From Phaeosaccion multiseriatum (lineage: Eukaryota > Protista > Ochrophyta, other classes): a DNA stretch of 64,000 nucleotides. Location: positions 2,418,001 to 2,482,000 of the forward strand of contig OZ218959.1 in assembly GCA_965112735.1 (NCBI GenBank). Reading direction: 5' to 3'. Positions 1-24,349 of this stretch are shown here, in pieces (the stretch's first letter is position 1; the number at the start of each line of letters is the position of its first letter). The notes beneath the pieces are model-generated. The model saw nothing but the letters and a program-made list of their open reading frames with translations, did no database searches and had not been told where the DNA came from. A program made the translations under genes and the position numbers.

Positions 1-687
1 GGGACCGAGCGTCTTCGGCACGCCACTGTGCCGAGCAGCCTCCATGATTCCCTTGTACAGACCCGCAAACAAAGCCAAGTTCCTGCCGTGCTCAAAGGTG
101 AGCCTCCAGATGGAGCTCAGCCTGGACGCGAGGCTGTGGTGAGAAGAAAACATGGTCGTCATCACCAAAGCTGGGTGGGGGTGGGGGGGTCGTTTGTGGG
201 CAAAAGAGGGAGGGGAAAGGGGAATAAGGAGGACGAAGACACGAGGGAGAGATGAGCAGGGTATAGTATCAGCAGCAGCAGCCAGAGAATGTGTCTTTGT
301 CTCGCCTACCATGAGGAAAGCGAAGGGTGGTCCCATAGTCGAAGCCTTGTCTCAATGCTCTGAGCACCCTGAGCAGGGATGCGAGGGCTTTCGTTGCAGC
401 ATCATCCTGTCCATCGCCATCCTCCATCTTCTTTCTTTCTTTCTTTTTGTTGTGTGTTGTCTGGGAAAGAATGTCGGGGAGGCCAAAAAGATCTGGGATG
501 GCAGTCTATGCATGGCTCTCAGACGGGATGCACAAACGATAATTAAGAACAAACATTATCAGGGATGATGCGTCATTACAACACGTGCGCCTGAAAGTGA
601 AGGCGCCGCTCGGGGGGGGGGGGCGCGGTCGTGGCAGAATGCGCGAGAGATCAGCGAGTCTTCCGTTGTAGAGGGACTTAAGCGATC

Positions 688-6763
<6,076 letters not shown>

Positions 6764-7703
6764 GAGGAGGTGTGAGGCGGCTTGTTTTCAGAGAAGAGGG
6801 GGGGGGGGGGGGGGGGCAGAAGCGCTGTGAAGAGCAGCAGCACTGGAGAGCAGGGCAGCGCACCAAGCGAGGGACGAGGGAGAGAGAGGGCGAAGGGACG
6901 AGAGGAGGGTGTACATATAACATTTCGTAACATTATTTTGTTTATGGTATGTATGAGTTATTGTAGGAGTCCGTAGACAGCAACGAAGGGCATGGATGGG
7001 GACCTTACTACCCGCACCATCTCCTTCATGACTTTATATTATTGACGACATTTTTTAAATTCTTTTACTTTCCATATTCTTATTATCGTTTTAACAACTT
7101 AGAAAATGAACTTTTCAACTTCACGCCCTTCCAGTAGTAACACCACATTGTTTTAAATACAGGACGTTCGGTTTTGAAGCAGCACCAATGATTGAATGCA
7201 GGGGGTGCACTGTGACAGCAAGCATCCATTCAGTCCCTCCCCTGCCATGCTTCCAAGCCGACGACATCAAATGTGGAAAGCCTCGAAACTCCTCCTTCCT
7301 CCTGCTGCCTCTCGCCTGCCCCCCCCACCCCCCCCCCCCTTTGAAAGCATCGAATGTCTTTCTTCTCGCCCCCCTCTCCCCCATTCCCCCCCCCCCTCTC
7401 CCCCCCCACGTCCTCCTTGGCGTTGACGCGGGCTCCTTGAGAGCGCGGTGGTGCCACTACAGACGACCACCGCCGTCCTCCAACGTCGTCCTTGCCCCCT
7501 TCCTCCCCCTCCTCCAGACCTTCCACACCCACACTCCCCCCCCCATGAATATATGCACATGTGCGGTTAGTTGGGGTGCCGCACCCCCCCAATCCACCCC
7601 GGAAGGAACACTCCTCACTCCTGTTCCCTCCTGTTCCCTGCTGTTCCCGGCGAAGCAGGCAAGCAGCTTAGCCAAGCAGAGGTCTAGCCACCTCAGGCCT
7701 TCG

Positions 7704-16476
<8,773 letters not shown>

Positions 16477-17271
16477 CCTACAGCAATGACGTGCCTCTGA
16501 CACAGGTTATGGCTCTGCGTCCAGGCAGGAATCTCCGCGAGGCGACAGGGAGACAATTGGCCCCAAGAATACTCGCACCTGCTCCAAGCGCCTGGCGTAC
16601 TCTGCAGTGAGGCTGGCTGTTAAGGCCTCCTCTGCCTTCCCAAGCGGTGAATCCTAAAGCCTATCGCCTTTCTGTCAAACGGGTGGGCAACCGATCCTCA
16701 ATCACTCCCCCTTTCCAATCGCCGATCCTCAAACCTTGACAGAATCTACAGCACGGCAGGAGCAGCAGCAGTAGCCCAGGGCACAGTAAGTCCCTGACGC
16801 AGCAGAGTTTATGTTGTGGAGGTGGTGTGTTTATATTTCCGTCCGTCGAGTCACGAGCGAATTTGTAGTTTCAGTTCCCCCCTCCCCTTCAATCGTTTGA
16901 CGATTGACGAGGCCTCAATAGGAAAAAAAAGTACTTATTGAACTTCCCCCAGGCCGCCAGGCGAGAAAGCAGAGACACCAAGACCGGAACCATCTCTCTC
17001 TGCACTGTGGACTTCGGTAGATTGTAGTCAGAGAACGTTGAGTAAGGGGGTAAAACCCTCTCTAGAAGAAAGATGGTCGGTCAAGCTGCCCGACCCGCCG
17101 ACTGAACAAAATCAGCCGCCGAAGTGCCGAGGGCGGGCGCTTGGCTGCCGAGGGAAGGGAGGGTCCCTCATATCGCATGCAAGCAGCGGAGGGCCGGTGA
17201 GAGCAGAGGGCGAAGGGTTTTACTCTGGGAGAGGAGGAGCAACGAGGGATATTTATTTGTCCGGAAGATCG

Positions 17272-18420
17272 ATGATGGCAGTTCAAAAGGGATGGGCCAG
17301 CGTCTCTTCTAAGGCAGACGGAGGATCGGAAGAGCGGACGAGGGAGCAGATGGACGTTGCTGAGCAGGAGCAGCGCGAGCGGCAGCAGGACAAGCAAGTG
17401 GTCGGGGCCGAGAACCCCTACCCGCCGCCCTCTGTGGTCCAGAGGCCGCAACAACAACAACCAGAGCAGCAGCGTGGGGAACACCCGGAAGAGGACCTCA
17501 GGAGGACGGGTACGTCCCCTTTAGACTTGATGTGCGAGACGGCGATCAAAGAACGGGAGAGCAGCGGCGGCAGCAGTGGTGGTGGTAATGACCGTGGCAG
17601 CGGCCCAGGCTTTCTTCCTTCCGCGCTCGCCCAGCCAGCCCTGAAGAGGAGAAGGTCGTCCCCCGCTCTGGACGGCGAGCATACTAGCAATATTAGTAGT
17701 AGAAGGGGCAGTGCTTCTGCTTCTGCTTCTGTTACTGCTGCTGCTGCTGCTGCCTCGGTGGCCGCAGCCGATACCATGGGTGCCACTGCCCCCTTCACAA
17801 CCGTGTATGCTGCTGCTTCTGCTGTATCACCAACTGCTACAACTACAACTGCGGCTGCCACGTCAGCTGCCACCGCTGCTGCTGTTAGTGCTGCCTCTCC
17901 TGAGAGCTTGAAGCGCCTGCGTATGGCATGCGACTTTTGCACGTCCAAAAAAGTCAAATGCGACGGCAATTTCCCGTGCACCAGGTAAAACGATTGCGTA
18001 AGGCAGGGTAGGGTTGTGTAGTGTAGTAGAGACTTGCTCTTGCCGAACCCAGGGTAGGGAAGTAGGTTACTACTCTTGTCCCAACTCTTCTCAGAAGTCG
18101 TCGATGTACCCCGCATTCCAAATCTCCCTTCCTCCCAGGACAGATACGTAAGAGTGTACCAGCAGTAGTTGTGGAGGAGTATTGCTATTGTCCAACACCC
18201 CCCGTTCTCACCCTCCGCCCCTCTCGCCCCTCACGGTCGCCTCACTGAGAGTCCCTCCTCTCGATGGTTCGCCCGGCCCCGCTCACGACCCCCCCCTTGA
18301 CCCATATGCCTCTGCAGGTGCCTGCACAAGGAGGTCGCTTGCCACTTCAGCATAAGGAGGAAGTCAGGGCCCAAGCCAGGAGCCAGCGGGACCAGCGGGA
18401 CGAGAGGCAGCGGTGGCAAG

Positions 18421-18468
<48 letters not shown>

Positions 18469-19251
18469 GGTAGTAGTGGTAGTAGTGGCAGTGGCGGCGT
18501 GATGGCGAATAGCAACCTTGGAGGCGGCGAATATCGTGGACACGTGCCGGTCATGAGCATTGGTGCCAGCGGTGTAGAGATGGGAAGAAGCAGCTACGGA
18601 CCACAGGGTCAGGGTCAGGGGCAGGGGCAGGGACAGGGGCTGCAGCACCATCACCAGCACCACCACCACCACCATCAGCAGTTGGTGATACAACACGGAT
18701 TGGGCTCGAGCTCGAGACAGCCCCAACCCGGCCCATACTCTCACCACCACCACCACCACCACCAGCAGCAGCAGCAGCAACAGTATTATGCCCAGGACTA
18801 TCAACGGCAGCAACAGTTGATGATACAGCAGCAGCAGCAGCAGCAACAGCGGCAGCACCAGTTGGTGATACAGCAGCAGCAGCAACGGCGGCAGCAACAG
18901 TTGGTGATACAACAGCAACAGCAACAGCAGCAGCAGCAGCAGCAGTACCGTGCTCGCATCCTGTCTCCGCACCAGCAGCAGTCCCACCAGCAGCACCCCC
19001 CCCCCCTTCCCTTACGGCGCTAGCTACGTTTCTTCGTCGCCAGGGAAAGCGATCGGCACTTCATATCATCAGCTCCCGAAGCAGGGGCTCCCAGGCGCGC
19101 CTCGAGGGGACGTAATGTTCAGCCACAGCCACGGTAGCCCGGCTCTGCGTCAATGGTCCGAACAACAGCAGCAGCAGTTGGTGGTACAACAGCAACAGCG
19201 GCAGCAGCAGCAACAGCAACAACAAACGCAACAACCACAACAACAGCAGAA

Positions 19252-19284
<33 letters not shown>

Positions 19285-19720
19285 GAAGGAGGGCGGGAAG
19301 GGGAAGAAGGAGGGTGCAGGGTCGCTGGTGAAGCAGCAGGAGGAATGCGATGATCGACAGCGCCCGCCCACAAAAGGGGCGAAGAGAGAGAGATTGAGTC
19401 CGTCGGGCCCTACCTCCCACTCCGCGCACAAGAGGGAGGCGGGGGAAAGGCCGACGATGCTTGACCTTGTGGCGGCCGCAGCGCTGGGGGAGGTGGAGCC
19501 CGCCGCCCCCCGGAGTAGCAGCCATGGCATCCAGGAGGAGGAGAAGGAGGGACCCAGGGCTGCTGACATGGGGCGGCGGAAACCGCAGCCGGAGCGGGAC
19601 CAGCAGGCAGAGGAGCAGGCGCAGCAGCGAGAGCAAGAACAGCAGCCGCAGCAGGAGCCGCAGCCCTCCATGCCTGCTGCCGAACGTACCTCTCGGCCGG
19701 TGCAAGTGGTGATGGTGTGA
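17272..19720 (+). CDS. Zn(II)2Cys6 (fungal-type binuclear cluster) transcription factor, Gln-rich
   Basis: RMACDFCTSKKVKCDGNFPCTR, intron 17985-18317, then CLHKEVACHFSIRRKSGPKP gives all six cysteines. The frame stops at 19023 just after a poly-C run; a 1-nt shift continues Gln-rich sequence to 19720. The start is uncertain. Confidence 0.85.
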
Positions 19721-20404
19721 ATGAGGAGAGCTCTTGATTTTGTTGTTGTCATCATACTTTTTTTTTTTTTTATTTACTTAGTAACACTCGGTTTGCGTAA
19801 GAATCGCCCAAATGGGGGTCGGGCGGCAAGGGGGAGTGCTCCTGCGGAAATGCTGAAAACTAGGGAAGGAAGGAAGTGTCGGTCGGCATCTCAAAGAGCT
19901 ACACGAAGAGCTAATACTGTAGCGCTTCTCCCAGCGTCATTTTGCGGAGTTCGTGCGACTTCTTATCGAGTGTTAACTAAAAATGAGAAGAATGTCTAAT
20001 CCTGTATATTTACTAATCCCTGCTGTTTTTGGGTTTGGGCATTTGTGTCTCCCAAGGGGGGATGCTCCTCTGCCAGCGCTTGACACCTCAGCTCTCACCC
20101 CTGCTGAGCTGCAGTACGAGACGAGATGAAAGGCGAAGTTTTCTTCCAGCGCTTTCACTGCAATTCTTCTTCAAGCCCTTGCGGGGGGGTGTAAGAAGAC
20201 ACGCCCTGTCGCCATACTGACACCTTTCCACTTTTTCTGACTCTCTACTTACACAGAATCCCCCTTCCCAATTCGTTTAGTCCGTTTCACCTGTGTGTTG
20301 TTTACTGTTTACTCTCCTCTATATCAGGCGCCTCTCTATCTACTAACACACCCCTTATCCTTTTTTTTAATTTTAATTAATTAATCTATTGATGACCGGT
20401 TTTG

Positions 20405-23400
20405 GTGGGGCGAGATGCCCCACTCGGTGAAAGTGGGTATTTTTAGTACCCAATTTTTTTAAAAGTGGGTATTTTTAGTACAGTACCCAATATGGACCAG
20501 TAGCGCCCCTTCCCCCCCCCCTCCTTTTTTTGTGTGTGTGTCTGCCCCTGCTACAGGGGAAAATATACTACGCTATGATATGACGATATAATGGTATTAC
20601 CACGATAACAATGGTATTCATATTTACAGACACACTTAGTGTCCGTCCTCAATCATGCATGGCTTACAGTAGTAGTCAAAATCGCCTTCCACAAAACCCT
20701 TGCTGTCGCAAAACTCGACGGTGCACATGTGGTGCACGAGGTTTCCACACGCTCTTTCGGATGGGCAGAGGAACAGCTTGACTTGCGAGGGCTTAGTACA
20801 GCCATACGAGCATGTGAAGGCCATGTCTCCCTCTCTCAAGCCGCCCAACGACGGCGCTGCTGACGCGGCAGCAGCGGCAGTAGCGGCCGCAGCGGCCGCA
20901 TCAGAGGCAGCAGCAGAAGCAGCATCAGAAGCAGTACCAGTACCAGTACGCTGTTTTTTTTGGGCCCCCCTTCCCCCACCCCTTCCTCCTCGTCCTCCTC
21001 CGGCTCCGCCTCCTCCTGTTGCAGCAGCAGCAGCAGCAGCAGCATTGCTGCTGCCACCTCCCTCCTCGTCGTCCTCTGCACCGCTATCACCTCCATCCCC
21101 CTCCTTCGACTCGTCTGCACCAGTGCCACTTTCCTTCGCCCTCGCCCGCTTCGCCCGTTTTTTCGCGTCCGCCTGCTGCGCGCTCCATAAAATATACACG
21201 GTGGTCCACACCAGCTGATTGAAGCGGCGCTTGTGAGAATCAGAACGAGACTTGATGTCAAAGGCGTCTTTGACTGCGTCAAACATGCTTCGCGCTTCTT
21301 CAAGCGTCGGCTTGTCCTTCCAGAGCCCCTTTTCTTTCGCCGCGGATTCAATCGCACCCATCAAACAGCAAAATTTTGACATCCTTCGCTTCTCCGCCCT
21401 CCCCTGCACGTCTGCTGTCGTGAATTCTCGAAGGCGAGGAGTGCCTGTCATCCAAGCATCCCAAGCAGCGCGCACAGTGAAGCTAGGGACCTCAAAGTGC
21501 TCGGGAAGGGTATGCCACCGGCCGTTGTAGAGATACAGAGGTGGCTGATCTGCACCTGCACAAGAAGAAGAAGAGGGCGGGGCGCTGCTCGAACCCTCAC
21601 CAAGGCCCAGAGTGCCTGCCTGGTGAGCCGCGAGAAGGTCGCTGAGCCCACTCTTAGAAAAGGCTGCGTCGAGGGTCGTCTGCAGGGCCCTGCTCACACC
21701 CAGACTGGTGACAGTGCCAGAGGCCTGTGCATTCTCCTCCAGAACGTCACGGATCAGCGTCTCCAAGTCGACCTTGATCGTCTGGCCCAACACCTCAAGC
21801 TTGCCGCCTAGAGAGGCCACGCTGTCCGCCACGACTTGGAATTGCCTCAGCTGCACGACGTGGGGAGGAATCCCGGTTGCAGAAATCTCGTCCGTCTCGT
21901 CCGGATACTTCAGCACGACATGCTCTGAAAGGTCCGCCAGCAACCTTTGATCTCGGAAGAGCTGTGTCGTGAAAAGAGGGTGATTCTCCTGAAGAGTGCT
22001 GCGCAGAAAGCCGGCGTGGTACACCACACTGGCAAGACAGAATTCAGCCACCTTCCTCAATCTCAGCGGCACGTCCCTGAAGCAGCTCACAATGGCTCCC
22101 GCGAGCACGTCTTCAATGCCCTCCTTCGCTGTGCCGTCCACCTTGAGGCGCTGAAAAAAGGGAGGAAGCAATGCAAACTCCTTCGCTGAGATGTTCGCCC
22201 CGGAGGCAGCCCGGCCCACATACTGATCTGCTGCATTGATGGGGTTGAAGTAGATGCCCTGGACGCCGGGAAGAGACCATCCCATTCGAAGTTGCACAGC
22301 AATTGGGTTGGGAGCAGCGGACGAGCCGCTTGTGACGTGCGAGGCAGCGCCCTTGCGCCCAGAATGAGTGCCGAGGTCCTCTGGAGTCAGCCCCATGCCT
22401 TCCAAAATGGACGAGTTCGCCGCCGCCGTACGTCTGAGGAAGCCGCAATACCTATCGTACTGATTGTTGCCAGCGAACAGCGCGTTCTTCTCAAAACCAA
22501 AGCTCAGGAGGTAAACACCAAGCGCGAGGACGGGGCAGATCTCCGGCATGATTGGATTCGCGTAGACGTGGCGAGGATGTCGGGCCTTCTCTCCCAGCTG
22601 GTCGCCCTTTTGCTTCCCAAAATAGACGCAGAGCGCGTCCCCCTTCCACTCGAGATGATCGAGACAAATCTCCACACAGTTGGTGGCGCGGCACATCAGA
22701 TTCCAGGAGAGAACGAGGAAGGGGTGGCCAAAGGCGCCCTGTCTGTGCCCGTTCTCACAGACTGCCGAGCTCAGCATTGCTGCGATGTACACAAGCGAAG
22801 GAAACAGTGGCAACCAAAGACGGCGTCAGGGCTAGGAAGTGAGTGGGGGGCAGTCAATGCATCAGCCACTTGTCTCCACCCACTCCACTAGTTTCCACTG
22901 TCCACTGACTCCACACAGCTGGGAATTTACCTTTGGCAAGAGCGCGGTAGAGAGCGAACGGCATGGGAGCCTTCCCTTCTCTGACTTCGACATTTCCCTC
23001 CTGCTTCTCTCCTGCGATCGTCCTCTTCAGCCCCTTGGTGAGCGTCGCAAGGTCGCTTTGCAATTTGCGGTGCTGCTCCTCCTGATGGTAGTCTCTGTAC
23101 AGATTGAAGAGTGCAGAGCGTTTCGACTGTGCACCGGCCTTGGATAAGCCCTTCGGCCCCTTCTTGACTTCAAGCAGCCACCCGAAGAACGCGTCGGCTG
23201 TCAGCAGATGGAACAGCAAAGGGTGCGGCGCCCGAGGTGCTTGGATCAAGTGTGCCTTCACCCGCTTCGTCCACTGCGCCTCAGCCTTCTTCTTGGCCTT
23301 TGCTTGGGCTTTCGCTGCTCTCGACACCTCAGCCGGCGTCTGCTGTGCCGCTGCAGTGGCACCACCCGCTCCGCCAGGTGCGGCGGCTGCTGCGGCTGCT

Positions 23401-23960
23401 GCTGCTCTCCTCTGTGCTTCCTCCTCTTCCCCATCTTCCCCGTCTTCCTCCTCTTCCCCCTCCGGTGGAGCAAATGCTGTCCTGAAGTCAGGGTCCAGAA
23501 GCTCCGGGTGCTTGCGGAAGAGGTATCGGATCAGCATCGTGGAGGCGCATGCATATCCACTTCTCGAGCGTGGGGCGATGGTGTTGTTTCGGGGGTTCTG
23601 AATCTGCTGCTGCTCTGCAGTAAGCGGTGCTTCTTCCCCCTCTGCTGCTGGTGCTTCCGGAACCGTAGCAACAGCGACGTCAGCCATGGTATACTCTGTT
23701 CTCCTGCAAATTCACGTGGGAGATGCCCCTCCCACCACTGGCATCAGCTGTTACAGCCGGGTATCGTCCGCGCAGCCGCTGCTCCTCTTACATAGCTGCA
23801 CTGTGCAAATATGCTGATGCTGTGAATGAAATAAACTCCACGTGGGGAGGGGGGGGAGAATGCCCCACAACCAAAAAATATTGGATAAAAAACTTGAAAA
23901 ACGAGCATTTATGGCCCATAAAATATCCAAAACAATTATTTCGTGGGGCAGGTGCCCCAC
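20405..23960 (-). mobile_element. Crypton-type (CryptonS-like) tyrosine recombinase DNA transposon
   Basis: Contains a single tyrosine recombinase gene, with no reverse transcriptase and no long TIRs. The interval lacks the long GGAG/CA/CT microsatellites of host genes, has AT-rich flanks, and is bracketed by GTGGGGC-N4/5-GCCCCAC palindromes at 20405 and 23943. The true termini are not proven. Confidence 0.8.
20636..23687 (-). CDS. Tyrosine recombinase (about 966 aa spliced) with a C-terminal PHD-like zinc finger
   Basis: Exon 1 is 23687-22931, the intron is 22930-22780 (GTAAAT...CCTGAC...GCAG) and exon 2 is 22779-20636; the phases match. Catalytic set: WNLMCR (R), QKGD (K), GTHSGRKGA (HxxR), RMGW (W), VQGIY (Y). 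C-terminus Cx3C-x10-Cx5C-x4-HHMC-x18-CKPC. Confidence 0.9.
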
Positions 23961-24349
23961 TTCACGGTACTATTAGACATACGGACTACAGAGAACTATA
24001 TATACACTGACACTACCACCCCGCTCAGACGGCACCCCATTTCCTGCCTCTTCAAAAAACTTACACTACACACTCACACCCTCTCACACAGACTCTTTCT
24101 GCATTTCCTGCCTTTCATGCGAACTCCGGCCGCTTCTATCTCTTTACCAACTGCTAAGCAATGCTCGCTTGCTTCCATCGCTCCTCAGAGCACGATACAA
24201 ACATACTAGTACAAACCCTAATGAAAGGAGGGGGGGAATAGACGCGATCGTCTTGGCAGTGTGGCAGCCTACGATAGCAGCCTGGTGGCTTGGCAGTAAG
24301 TCGTCATGGTGCTCCTGAGTACCACACACTTGCTCACTCACTTGCTCAC

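Noticed and set aside
22780-22930. Crypton as two genes or a frameshifted pseudogene
   Set aside because: A canonical phase-compatible intron joins the two ORFs.
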